A stretch of 64,000 nucleotides of DNA, from positions 1 through 64,000 of the forward strand of contig NIVC01002559.1 of assembly GCA_002269645.1 (NCBI GenBank), given 5' to 3'. The translations under genes were made by a program, and so were the position numbers. This document shows positions 49,576 through 59,623 of the stretch, piece after piece; positions within the stretch are counted from its first letter, which is position 1; each line of letters starts with the position of its first letter. The DNA comes from Macrostomum lignano (taxonomy: Eukaryota). Under the pieces are notes generated by a model. That model was not told the DNA's origin. It did not search any database and saw only the letters and a program-made list of their open reading frames with translations.

Positions 49576-51233
49576 ATCCCTCACAGTCTGTAGCCTCACA
49601 ACCTGTAAATAGCAGCGATACTTTTTCTGTAAATAGTGAATTGAATTCTTCAGTGTATAACAGTAGGCATGCGCAAACATTTAATCAATCATTTAATCAA
49701 CCAAACATTTATTCTCAGCACTTTTCAAACGCACCACAACAGCAACCTTATTCTAGCAAGCAGCAGCTAAAACAACCAAAATTAACTGAACAAACTAAAA
49801 AGCAAAGTTACGATCCGTACATCACTGGCAGCATTTTAAATAAGGAAATAGTTTATCTATTAGACACTGGTAGTAATAGAAATATCTTAGGACGCGAAAC
49901 CTGGAAGCATCTTTTCACTGGCAAGAATAGGCATCTAATTAAGCATTGGGACAATAGAATTGTTTCTTTTATGGAAGAGCCTATTCCAATTAAGGGTTTC
50001 GTAGTTATTAAGGCAACATTTGGCGATTTCAGAGAAGAAGTTGAGTTTCTCTTATGTGACGCAGATGTAGACAATGTAATAGGTGTGACGTTTGTCCAAA
50101 ATTATTGTACTACTATTGACTTCGATGCAGGAATGCTGACCATGAAACCAGGAACTAGAATTCCGCTTCGATCAACCAGAGCTAAGCCTCAGGTTAGGAG
50201 AATATATGTCGCAGAAAAGACGACAGTTCCAGCCAATAGTTCAGGATTAGTCAAGGTCAGATTAGCAGCAGGTAGTGAAACTAATTTCGGAGTGCCATCA
50301 GTTGTTGAGCCACTCAGATCAGGATTAAAGACTAGAACAGAGAAGGTAACCGTAGTGCCAAGTTTAGTAACTCTAAGACAAGGGGAAGCTTATTTAGAAG
50401 TAATTAACACCAGTTCACAGGAAGCTAGAGTACCAGCATCAGCATTAGTTGGGATGGCTAAACCACTCTTAGCTAGCGAGCTTAACTATCTGAAGGAACA
50501 GCCAGAAGAGGAGCAGAATAAGAGCACGCAGTCTTGCGGAAGCAGAGAAAAGATCAGTCAGGTACAGGAGAAGTCAGAAGACTGGATTAGTGAAATCAAC
50601 ATAGGAACTGAACTGACTCAGGAACAAAGACAAAAGGTGATCGAGGTCGTCAAGGAACATTCAGCAGCTTTCTCGCAGCACGAGTTAGACTTAGGCAGAA
50701 CGCATTTAGTCACACATGAAATTATCTTGAAGGATAACAACCCAGTTCAGGTACCAGCTAGGAAGATTCCACCTCATTGGATTAAGGAGGTAGATGAGCA
50801 GTTAGATCTCATGTTGGCTAGAGGCATCATTAGGCCTAGTTACTCGCAGTACTCGACTCCATTAGTCATAGTACCTAAGAAAGACGGTTCGCTGAGATTA
50901 GTTAACGACTATCGAGCACTAAATAATAAATCGGAGTACTTTCCGTATCCAATAACTAATATCAATGAAACATTTTCATGTCTCCATGGAGCCAGTCAAT
51001 TTTCTACGTTAGATCTATTTTCGGGATATTATCAGATAGCTCTTAGGGAAGAAGATAAGTGCAAGACTAGCTTTCCAACTTTACATCGAGGCTCGTTTGA
51101 GTACGAAGTATTGCCAATGGGATTGCAAGGAGCCCCAGGAACTTTTCAAAGGTGCATGAACTTAGTTCTTAAGGACATTGCACAGAAGTTCGCCATAGCT
51201 TACTTAGACGATGTAATAGTTTATTATACTTAG
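49527..51233 (+). CDS. pol: Pol, 5' part (aspartic protease + RT up to YLDD), entered by a -1 frameshift
   Basis: The -1 frame is open from 49410. Motifs: YLLDTGS, LRLVNDYRALN, FSTLDLFSGYYQI, LPMGLQGAPGTFQ, AYLDDVIVY. Ends at a premature TAG at 51231-51233. Confidence 0.92.
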   Translation, partial: GKRSRRKRRRQRFPAVDPSQSVASQPVNSSDTFSVNSELNSSVYNSRHAQTFNQSFNQPNIYSQHFSNAPQQQPYSSKQQLKQPKLTEQTKKQSYDPYITGSILNKEIVYLLDTGSNRNILGRETWKHLFTGKNRHLIKHWDNRIVSFMEEPIPIKGFVVIKATFGDFREEVEFLLCDADVDNVIGVTFVQNYCTTIDFDAGMLTMKPGTRIPLRSTRAKPQVRRIYVAEKTTVPANSSGLVKVRLAAGSETNFGVPSVVEPLRSGLKTRTEKVTVVPSLVTLRQGEAYLEVINTSSQEARVPASALVGMAKPLLASELNYLKEQPEEEQNKSTQSCGSREKISQVQEKSEDWISEINIGTELTQEQRQKVIEVVKEHSAAFSQHELDLGRTHLVTHEIILKDNNPVQVPARKIPPHWIKEVDEQLDLMLARGIIRPSYSQYSTPLVIVPKKDGSLRLVNDYRALNNKSEYFPYPITNINETFSCLHGASQFSTLDLFSGYYQIALREEDKCKTSFPTLHRGSFEYEVLPMGLQGAPGTFQRCMNLVLKDIAQKFAIAYLDDVIVYYT

Positions 51234-51254
51234 ACATTATACTTATACTTAGAC

Positions 51255-53987
51255 ATGAAACTAAAGGCTAAGAAATGTCACCTTTTCAAATCAGAATTAC
51301 AATATCTAGGACACGTCATAGGCAAAGCAGGAATTAAGAGAGATGCGTCGAAATTAGAAGCAATTAGGAACTGGCCGAAACCTAAATCTGTGACAGAGCT
51401 TCGAAGTTTTCTCGGACTCTGTAATTACTATAGAAAATTCGTTAGAGATTTTGCCGAGGTAGCAGCACCACTCTGTGAGTTAACGAAGAAGAACATCAAG
51501 TGTATCCAGGACAATTGGACCAGGATTCATGATGAATGCTTCGAATTGTTGAAGGAACGGATGTGTTCCGAAGAAGTGCTTGTTTACCCAGAGTTCAATA
51601 CAGACCCCCAAGTTTATTTTGTGTTAGACACTGATGCATCAGATGTCAGAATTGGGGCGGTCTTGAATCAAGTTCAGAGCGACGGCATTGAAAGGCCGAT
51701 CGCGTATTATAGTCGGAAAATGAGGCAGTCAGAAACTAGATATCCAATTACGAGGAAGGAGCTTCTAGCGATTGTTGACTCGCTGAAGTACTTTAGATTT
51801 TACCTCGTAGGAAAACATTTTAAGGTGCGCACTGATCACAATGCCCTAACCTGGTTGCTTCGCCAAACCGAACAGACAGGCATTTTAGGTCGTTGGATCG
51901 AAAGACTTTCCGAATTTGATTTTGAGATAGAACATAGGAGTGGCCCTAAACATGTGAATGCTGACGCTCTATCCAGGATCCCTGATCCTCAACCGGAAGA
52001 GATGTCCCCACATGCCAGGTCGCTAAGCTGTAGGGCAACTGTGAATACAGACCCAGCATCAGCTTTTACTGTCAGCTCAGGCAATTCCGCGTTCGCTGAA
52101 ACCTGTAGCTCGAGCAGTGGAGTTCCGTCATGCTGTTCGTCACAAGACACTGTCACGAACCGACACAATACTCCGATCTTTAGTAGCAGTAGGCTAGACA
52201 ATAGACAGGGACAGGAGCCTAAAACCGGAAATCCGCCTGCATGCAATGCCCTGCTCAGTGACTATCTCCGTAGCCCAGTTCGCCGTGACCAATTGATCGC
52301 AGCACAGCTGGCCGATCCGGCGGTAGGCTTTGTTAGAAATTTAATTGAGAATGACTCGCCTAAACCGACATTTCAAGAACGACTAGAGTTAACCCACGAC
52401 TGTAGGAACCTCTTAGGTTACTACGAGTTGCTCAGAATTGAGGACGGCGTACTCAAAGCAAACTTATCTATGGGGCAGACTGATCCAAAGGTAGTGTTGC
52501 CCAAGTCTCTGGATAGTGAAGTCTTTCACCAATTCCATGATTCACCGTTAGCGGGACACCTAGGTCGAGATAAAACTTATCAGAGAATTAAAATTCGATT
52601 TTGGAGGCCAGGATTAGCAACAGCAGTTGAACGCTACGTAGCCAAATGTAAATCATGCCTAGAAAGCAAAACTAGACGAAGAATTAAGGCACCAATTCAG
52701 AACTACCCTGTAGTCGAACCGTTCGGTAGATTGCACATAGATCTAATAGGACCTATTGGCCAAACCAGCAAATCAGGAAACAAATATGTACTTTCAGTCA
52801 TAGACAGCACTAGCAAATTTCCATTCGCATTCGCAATTAGGAATCAGAAGGCTAAAACAGTTATCAAAATTCTACAAGAACGAGTTTTCGCTGATTTCGG
52901 GATTCCACAATGGATTCACACAGACCAGGGAATACAGTTCACTGGTAGGGCCTTTAAGAAATTTTTAGACCTCTATGGCATTAGACACACTCGAACCACT
53001 AGTTATCAACCGCAGAGCAATGGCTTAGTAGAAAACCTTAATAAGCAGATTAAATCAATTCTCACCTGTTTACTGGAGAAGGAGCATTCCAACTGGGACG
53101 TTCTGTTGCCAGGTTGCATAACAGCTCTGAGAACCAGCACGCACACTGCCACAGGATTTAGTCCGCACTATTTAGTCTTTGGACGAGAGGCTAGAGTGCC
53201 CTGTGACAATGAGCTGAACGAGCCAAAGCAGTTTCAGGACCTGCCATCTTATGTCCAGGATCATCAGCAGAATCTGCAGGAAGGCCAAGAACTAGCAAGA
53301 AAGAGATTAAAATTAGTGCAACAAAACCGTGAGCAAGAGTACTCTAATAAGCCTAAGCCAAAAATATTGCCTGTAGGAAGCTTAGTATTTATCAATAATC
53401 CAGTAATTGCTAACACAGAGGCTAACAAATTTCACAGAAAACAGAGGGCAGTTTACGAAATTGTAGAACAATTATCAGAAGTAGTCTTTAAGATCAGACC
53501 AGTCACCAAAAATAAGAAGGCTAGGAAGGAAGAACTTATTATGCATAGGGATAATTTAATGAAGGTACCACAAGCAGATTATCAGGAAGAAGAAGCTAGT
53601 ACTAAGCCAAAAGAGCAGAGGAAACAATACAATAGGGAACAGTTAGCCAATAGCCAACCGAATGTGTACAATGACTCAGAAAGTGAAGACGAGTACGAAG
53701 ACGCAGTGCAGTTTATGCCAGTGCAGCATCAAAATAATGTGCAGTCAGTGCCAATTCAACAAGTGCAGCATCAAAATAATAATCAGAATAATTTAGTAGG
53801 TGTACAAGGAGTTATGCCAGTACAATTAAGTAATAACAATAATTTAGGGATTAATTTAGAAGCTAGGCCAGCTAGAGAGCGTCATGCTCCAGATAGGTTA
53901 ACGGTCAGGCCAAATCAGAAAAGTTATGTACAGAGGATAGCGGCGTTGTTTAACCCACTCAACTTCTTTCAGCCCAATTCTCAATAA
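51255..53987 (+). CDS. pol: Pol, 3' part (RT thumb, RNase H, integrase), same frame as the 5' part
   Basis: LQYLGHVI, LRSFLGLCNYYRKFV, LDTDAS, VRTDHNAL, HHCC zinc domain and DDE core (HIDLIGP / HTDQG / NGLVENLNK). Confidence 0.93.
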   Translation: MKLKAKKCHLFKSELQYLGHVIGKAGIKRDASKLEAIRNWPKPKSVTELRSFLGLCNYYRKFVRDFAEVAAPLCELTKKNIKCIQDNWTRIHDECFELLKERMCSEEVLVYPEFNTDPQVYFVLDTDASDVRIGAVLNQVQSDGIERPIAYYSRKMRQSETRYPITRKELLAIVDSLKYFRFYLVGKHFKVRTDHNALTWLLRQTEQTGILGRWIERLSEFDFEIEHRSGPKHVNADALSRIPDPQPEEMSPHARSLSCRATVNTDPASAFTVSSGNSAFAETCSSSSGVPSCCSSQDTVTNRHNTPIFSSSRLDNRQGQEPKTGNPPACNALLSDYLRSPVRRDQLIAAQLADPAVGFVRNLIENDSPKPTFQERLELTHDCRNLLGYYELLRIEDGVLKANLSMGQTDPKVVLPKSLDSEVFHQFHDSPLAGHLGRDKTYQRIKIRFWRPGLATAVERYVAKCKSCLESKTRRRIKAPIQNYPVVEPFGRLHIDLIGPIGQTSKSGNKYVLSVIDSTSKFPFAFAIRNQKAKTVIKILQERVFADFGIPQWIHTDQGIQFTGRAFKKFLDLYGIRHTRTTSYQPQSNGLVENLNKQIKSILTCLLEKEHSNWDVLLPGCITALRTSTHTATGFSPHYLVFGREARVPCDNELNEPKQFQDLPSYVQDHQQNLQEGQELARKRLKLVQQNREQEYSNKPKPKILPVGSLVFINNPVIANTEANKFHRKQRAVYEIVEQLSEVVFKIRPVTKNKKARKEELIMHRDNLMKVPQADYQEEEASTKPKEQRKQYNREQLANSQPNVYNDSESEDEYEDAVQFMPVQHQNNVQSVPIQQVQHQNNNQNNLVGVQGVMPVQLSNNNNLGINLEARPARERHAPDRLTVRPNQKSYVQRIAALFNPLNFFQPNSQ

Positions 53988-53989
53988 TC

Positions 53990-54736
53990 ATGGCCGACGC
54001 CCCGCTCCGCGTCTATCCGACAAAGAGAATATATGGCCAGCGCAGAACTAGCCAAGAAGAAAATGAGCCCCCGCAAGTTAGGGCAGTGCAACTGGCCAAG
54101 CGCAGAGAAGAGCGTAAGAAGCCGAGATTGGACCAGCAAAAAGAGGAAGAAGGAAGACTGGCCATAGATGTCGATCTAGAAGAAGTAGAGAGGGCGACTA
54201 AGCAAAAGGAGGAAGAGTTCAGAGACGAGATGGCGCGATTTATGGAGGAGATACGGCAACACGAGGAAGGGGTAGAGCCCATAGACGAGCAGGAGGAGAC
54301 GGCCGCAGACGAAACGAAGTGCCAACCAGAGCAACGTCAGCCCGAGCAGTGCCACACAACGCGAGGCCAGCCTGAGCCTGCGCCGAGCCCGCTCATTGAT
54401 TATGCCTCACTGCTCAGGGTAGACCTGGGTGACACGCCGGCCTTTGAAGAGACCAGCACGGAGCGTCCGGACAGCCCCGGGACACAGGCGCGGAAATTCC
54501 GCAAGTGCCGTCGCGCTCTTAAGCGGTCTATCCTGGCCACAGGAAGAACAGGGCACTTCGAGGCTCAGCTACCGGAAGCGTGCGACCATTTCCTGGCCAC
54601 GTCGACGGCAGAAGAGGCAGTCAGGTGTTTTGAAATCGCCTGCTCATACTGCCTACAGTACGCAGAAGGAAGGGCTCGGGGACCAATCAGCATGAGGGCG
54701 ACCAATCAGCATGAGGGCGACCACCGAGCAGCTTGA
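53990..54736 (+). CDS. Third ORF of the gypsy element, 248 aa, not Env-like
   Basis: ATG 2 nt after the pol TAA, inside the LTR-bounded unit. GC-rich, with no signal peptide or transmembrane segment visible. Confidence 0.75.
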   Translation: MADAPLRVYPTKRIYGQRRTSQEENEPPQVRAVQLAKRREERKKPRLDQQKEEEGRLAIDVDLEEVERATKQKEEEFRDEMARFMEEIRQHEEGVEPIDEQEETAADETKCQPEQRQPEQCHTTRGQPEPAPSPLIDYASLLRVDLGDTPAFEETSTERPDSPGTQARKFRKCRRALKRSILATGRTGHFEAQLPEACDHFLATSTAEEAVRCFEIACSYCLQYAEGRARGPISMRATNQHEGDHRAA

Positions 54737-55344
54737 GTTCATCGCCAGTCGATTCGACCCTGCTAATCAGCTGATTCCGGTAAATGGACTACTTTAATTG
54801 TCCACGCAAAATACCCTAAATCTCCGGCCAGTCAATTAAGCAAAACTAGGGAACTTAATAACTCTTCCAAAGCAACATAATTACACATGCTCGATGCCAT
54901 CAAATATTTTTTATCATTACCATCTTTTGGAGTAAGAACTTGCCAATTATTTTACCGCTTTTTTTTGCACCGCATTTTTTTAGATGTTGTATACACTTGC
55001 CATTATTTGCGTTCTTTTGTTCAACTTACTCAACATTTAGTGTAACTAGTAAGCATGTCATTAATTCCTCTTATCATACTTAAAAATTAATCCAGGTCTT
55101 AATAATACAATGCCATACGCATATTTCAACTTGTTCAACCACTTAATATCATTAAGGTTTTACGACTATGCATACCATTAACTTTTCCACTTGTCATACG
55201 TGTAGACTTAATAATCCTTGCTCACTACATTGTTTTATATTCAGTCATCGCTGATAAGCGCACTAATACTTATTACGTAACTAAAATTTTGTTAATAAAT
55301 ATAATCATCAATGTACAAAAGGGGGTTTTGCACATTTTTGTAGC

Positions 55345-55354
55345 GAGGGGGAGG
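55345..55354 (+). promoter_or_regulatory. Polypurine tract
   Basis: GAGGGGGAGG directly abuts the TG of the 3' LTR. Confidence 0.9.
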
Positions 55355-55916
55355 TGTAGTAGGGCATTATTTTAGAAACGGAAATTTTACAGGTTTAAAT
55401 ATGCTTTTACCCTACTATCAGTAGTTTCAACCCGGGGAAATAATTAGAGCAGGGGTAAGTGGATAAAATCGGGGTTCCTTTAGAAATACAGAGCAGTTGG
55501 GCTCTTGGGAAAGAAAAGCTTCGTTGGAGTGTCTTCTCCTGTTTAACTTAGAGAGTTCACGCAGAAGTGGTAAGGAAGGGAAATATAAGGGTTAGGCTTG
55601 CACAGAGGAGTCTTGCCTCTAAAACTGGGAGTCTTGCCCAAGCACTATAACGGGAATAAGGAAATAAAGGAATTAATGTAAGAGCAAAACAAATAACCTT
55701 TTGTACGCATTCTCTTTATTATTAAAAATTTCCAACTGTTAACTATAATCTTTGGTGTCCTGACTCACTTCTTTAATCTAAAGTACTAGAATTAGGGAAA
55801 GCAGGAAACCTGGTGGCAGCGAAACTACCGAAATCTCAACCAGTATATCCACTTAAATCCTTAATAGCAAATAAGAAAACCAGTAGCCTAAACCGCGAGG
55901 TACCACGACTTGTCCA
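55355..55916 (+). repeat. 3' LTR (562 bp)
   Basis: Near-identical to 47529-48090. Confidence 0.95.
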
Positions 55917-56019
55917 TTGGTGTGTGGCCATCTTGGTCTTACACCGACTCCTTGAATCTATGCAAGTCGCCCTGGTAGCAGTGTCGAGCGGCAAACACTG
56001 GTCTACATGTAGTTATGAA

Positions 56020-56290
56020 TCTTACTACTATTATTATTACTACTATTAATTCCCTATATTTAGTTGCGGGCTCCCTGGGAAGGAGTTGCCCGACTCGTCA
56101 ACCGTCTATTTCTGGCTTCTTACAGCTTTCCTGGCCTCTTATGGCTTTTTCTGGCTTCTTACAGCTTTCTCTGGCCTCTTACGGCTTTTTCTGGCTTCTT
56201 ACAGCTTTCCTGGCCTCTTACGGCTTTTTCTGGCTTCTTACAGCTTTCTTACTTCTAACAGCTTTCTCTCCTGTCTTGCTTTCCAGTGAC
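56020..56290 (-). repeat. ~40 bp tandem repeats next to a (TAA/TAG)n tract; possibly the 3' end of a retroelement
   Basis: TCTGGCTTCTTACAGCTTTCCTGGCCTCTTACGGCTTTT repeats at 56105-56280 and (TAC/TAT)n at 56022-56046. No TSD found. Confidence 0.35.
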
Positions 56291-56601
56291 TAAGACAACA
56301 CGTTTTGCTTTTCTCAACCGAATCAAGGAAACGTCGGGCGAAGTTTTAAAGCCCGAAAAACGCTTGTATTTATAGGTTTTACTGAGGGGGAGGACGGGTG
56401 CGCGGGACGTGCTTAAACAAAACATAATACTTCATCAATTTAAACTAAATAATTCTTCTTCGCTATAACAAAGGTTTCACTTAAACAAAATAATTCGGTA
56501 ACTAAGAAATTTGGCGTAAATTTGAAATGGTATAAGTATAAGAATATTGGGCCTGCCTCAATAAAGTGAAAACAATATGAAAATGAAAACTTCACTACAC
56601 A

Positions 56602-58437
56602 ATACAATACAATAATACAATAAATACAATGGCCACCGGCCACAAGTGGTCAGGAAAGGGGGGGACATTGTCAAAAAGCACGCTTAGCTGCGCAGTCTCT
56701 GATGAAGGTAGCGCCATTGATCTGATCAGGCGCCCTGGCGTCTTCTGTCAGACAGTCGACGAACCTCCGGGTCCGCGCCTGCCCCCGCCGGAACGGGCCC
56801 TGCTGCGTGTACAGCAAGACCTCCTGCAGCGGCTCCGGGCAGTAGGACTCGGCGCGAATGACGTGGCCCGCCAGCTTCAGGCGGCGCTGTCGCAGGGTCA
56901 CGCTGGGAGGGCTCAGCTTGGCCCGCTGGTAGAGAGCCTGGTTGGTGACGTGTTCGGCGTGACGGTGCACGCTGAAGGCAGCGCGCAGCAGGCTGGAGTG
57001 CGCCGCGTCCAGCTGGCGCTCCAGCACATCCGTCATGGTCCAGGTCTCGGCGTTGTAGAAGAGCACCGTTTCCACCACCGCCTGGAACAGTCTGGTTCTC
57101 AGCTGGTCTGGCAGGGCGTCGCTTTGGAGCACGATGCGCACTGAGCGGAAAGCCGCCCACGCAAGCCCTCTGCGACGCCGCAGGTCCTCCTGGACGCTGG
57201 GCACGAGACCACCAAGGTACCGGAACTGCTCACATCGGGGGAGCGGTGCTGCCGTTGCGCTGTCCATGCTGGGAAGGCGGATGACCGCTGGCAGATCTGC
57301 TGGCACAGTCAGGACCTCCGTCTTCTTGGCGTTGATCTTAAGGCCAACCTTCGCAGCGGCAGCAGCTAGGCCGTCGAGGAGGCGTTGAGCACCAGCAGCA
57401 GTGGATGCCAGCAGGGCGAGGTCATCAGCATATCCGAGGACTGCCAGCCGCTTCTCCGGGTGCCGGCTGCTCGTTCGCCTGCATAGGATGTAGCCGTCCG
57501 AGTTGTCCGGTAGTCCTGTCCGCAGCACCCAGTCCAAGATGAGGATGAACAGGAAGGGAGCGAGGGTGTCTCCTTGCAGGACTTCGGATGAGGTGGTGAA
57601 GAAGTCGGAAAGGCCGTCAGGTGTGATCACAGCAGCGTGCGTGTCGTGGTAGAGCGCCATCACTGCTGCAATCAGTTTCTCTGGCACGTTGTAGGCTCGG
57701 AGAACTAGTGGAATCACGCCTCGAGCCACCGAGTCGAAAGCCTTCAGGAAGTCGATGAACAGACAGAAAAGGTCCGACTGGCGAATGCGCGATTCCTCGA
57801 TAATTCTCCGGAGCGCCAGAATTTGCGTGACTGTACCACGTCGTGGCCGGAACCCATTCTGCTCGTACCGCAGGTAAGGGTCCAGCACTGGCTGCAAGCG
57901 CGACAGTAGCAGCTTGTTGTGCAGCTTGGCGGCACAGGACATCAGGGAGATGCCCCGATGTTCTTCAATCTTGTTGGTGCCCGGCTTCTTGGGGATTCCG
58001 ACGATATGTGCTCGGGTCCACTCCGGAGGTGCGACGCCAGTATCGAGAACGTTGTTGATCACCCTGGCGATCTCCTGGGCGACCTTGGGCAGTCTGAGCA
58101 CCTCGTTGGGAACTTCGTCGGGACCCGTTGCCTTGCCGCCTGGGATCTTCTTGGCGAGCTGACAAACATCGATTGCGGTCACATGGCCGGTACAGAAATG
58201 ATGCGGAGGCGGCAGTGGCGTGTCAGGGGGCAGCGCCAGCACATCAGGGAGCGCAGGTGGTGGCGCATTCACTATGCTAGCAAAAAAAGTCCCGCAGGCT
58301 GTTCTTGCGCTCATCCGGCGTGTCCCCAACCAGGTTGAGCGCCGTGCGTTGCTTCCTGCCAGTGAGGGTGTTGATGGCAGTCCACACGGTGCCGCTTTTC
58401 CTGTCCGGGGCGGCGGAGGTGACGGCGCGGATGGCTA
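56602..58437 (-). mobile_element. 5'-truncated non-LTR retrotransposon (RTE-like) with an (ATTGT)n tail and a 9 bp TSD
   Basis: CACTACACA at 56593-56601 and 58438-58446; microsatellite tail at ~56602-56630; inserted into the right TIR of the outer element. Confidence 0.9.
56671..58435 (-). pseudogene. LINE ORF2 reverse transcriptase fragment (endonuclease lost; one +1 frameshift near 58282-58288)
   Basis: KATGPDEV, RGISLMS, EQNGFRPRRG, FIDFLKAFDSV, LQGDTLAPFLF, LGYADDLALL, FRYLGG, RRLKLAGHVIR. The upstream frame ..WTAINTLTGRK..ERKNSLRDFF joins if one T of a T7 run is removed. Confidence 0.92.
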
Positions 58438-58627
58438 CACTACACAGCTACACAGCTACACAGCTATATGAAAATATAATAGAGTAACATATTGTGCATG
58501 TTAAATTAAAAGAATGGTAGTCTTCACTGCCCCAGATCAAATACAATCACAGATTTTGTGACGAAAAACTGATTTTTTCCTATCTTCGCAGTGTATTTTT
58601 TCCAGGAAATCGTGGCCTCCAAAATAT

Positions 58628-59623
58628 TGAGGTGGGGGTGGAGAAGTTTTAACAAAGTTGAAATTTGGAGGTCGGCCGGTAATTCTTCAAAACCGGTAGC
58701 GTTGCGTTCGCACGAATAAAACCGGAAAATCGCGCAGACGAATCACAACGAAATTCTTCTCCTTTACTCCGACTGCCGGGTTCTCAAGTCCGGGGGGAGG
58801 GTAGTTGTAATCGTAGCGGAGCGGTCGTAGAGCGGCACGGTCGTTCAGTTGTAGAAAACACTGGGGTAGATTTGACACCGTAAAGTAATGTGTCGATTTG
58901 CAGAGCTGATTACTGTCAGTAGGGTAGTTGCTGCCACCACCGTAATTTACGTATTACGGAACGTTTAGTGATCTCAGAGCTTTCTTTGAGATGAGATTTC
59001 GGTTATTTTACGCCCCACGGGCAAAGGATTCAAGATAGGCTATGGCTTAAGTCAACGGAATAAATATTAAGCGTTAATTTGTTGTTATTTATTAAAGTAG
59101 TTTGGTTATTATAATTTTAAAGCAGGTTGTTTATGGATTAATGAGTATTATAATGACGATGATGAATACACGGGCGCCGGTGCGCTAATAAACTAATAAA
59201 TTAATGAACCGTAGAGATAAACAGACAAGATAGTGAGGGAGCGATCGCGCAAGAAGAAAAGGGAAAAAATTGGCAACTGAGCATGAGTAGTTTATATAAG
59301 CAAAAGTAGGGCAACGTCCAAAGCATGGGGGAAAGATTAGCCAACAAGGGGGCCATACAATGGTTAAAGGAGTAATCACACAGAAAATATATAATGAACC
59401 GCTTAATTCCAACTAATGAAAAGGCTGTTAGCCAACGATGGGAAACTGATTAGCAACGGTGGGTCCACACACGGGGCCAACAGGAGGAGGGGGGTGATGT
59501 CATATAACAATGGTTGGACTCACGGGTTGGTATTCACGAAGAAAAAGAATACGGGCGCGCATTCAAAATGGAAAAAAAATTATTAAAATAAAATTATTAA
59601 ATGGTGGCAACCCCACTGCCACA
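58628..59623 (-). mobile_element. Solo LTR (996 bp) with ATAT TSD
   Basis: TG..CA ends flanked by ATAT (58624-58627, 59624-59627). Minus-strand TATATAAA at 59291-59298 and AATAAA at 59088-59093. Removing it restores the TIR seen at 40590-40620. Confidence 0.75.

Larger units (their letters stand above)
47529..55916 (+). mobile_element. Full-length Ty3/gypsy LTR retrotransposon (8388 bp, 4 bp TSD TTGG)
   Basis: Two 562 bp TG..CA LTRs, PBS, PPT and gag-PR-RT-RH-IN order. TTGG at 47525-47528 and 55917-55920; the empty-site sequence is seen at 41574-41608 on the opposite strand. Confidence 0.97.
41558..55951 (-). mobile_element. Probable Mutator-like (MULE) element; right TIR interrupted by the gypsy insertion
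   Basis: Inverted motif GACCAAGATGGCCACACACCAAGATGGCCACAGCT at 41574-41608 and, split by the gypsy, at 47512-47528 plus 55917-55938. GG..CC termini with an imperfect 10 bp flank match (TCTAATCTAA / TTGAATCTAT). Encloses a MULE transposase. Confidence 0.5.

Noticed and set aside
53990-54736. Calling gypsy ORF3 an envelope gene
   Set aside because: No signal peptide, furin site plus fusion peptide, or transmembrane anchor is visible.
56286-56370. Possible Penelope-type hammerhead ribozyme near GAAACGTCGG
   Set aside because: No CTGANGA core or stem II upstream; only a small TCGGGC/GCCCGA hairpin.
58687-58878. 63 aa ORF suggesting an endogenous virus fragment
   Set aside because: No recognisable viral motif; the TG..CA ends and ATAT TSD are better explained by a solo LTR.
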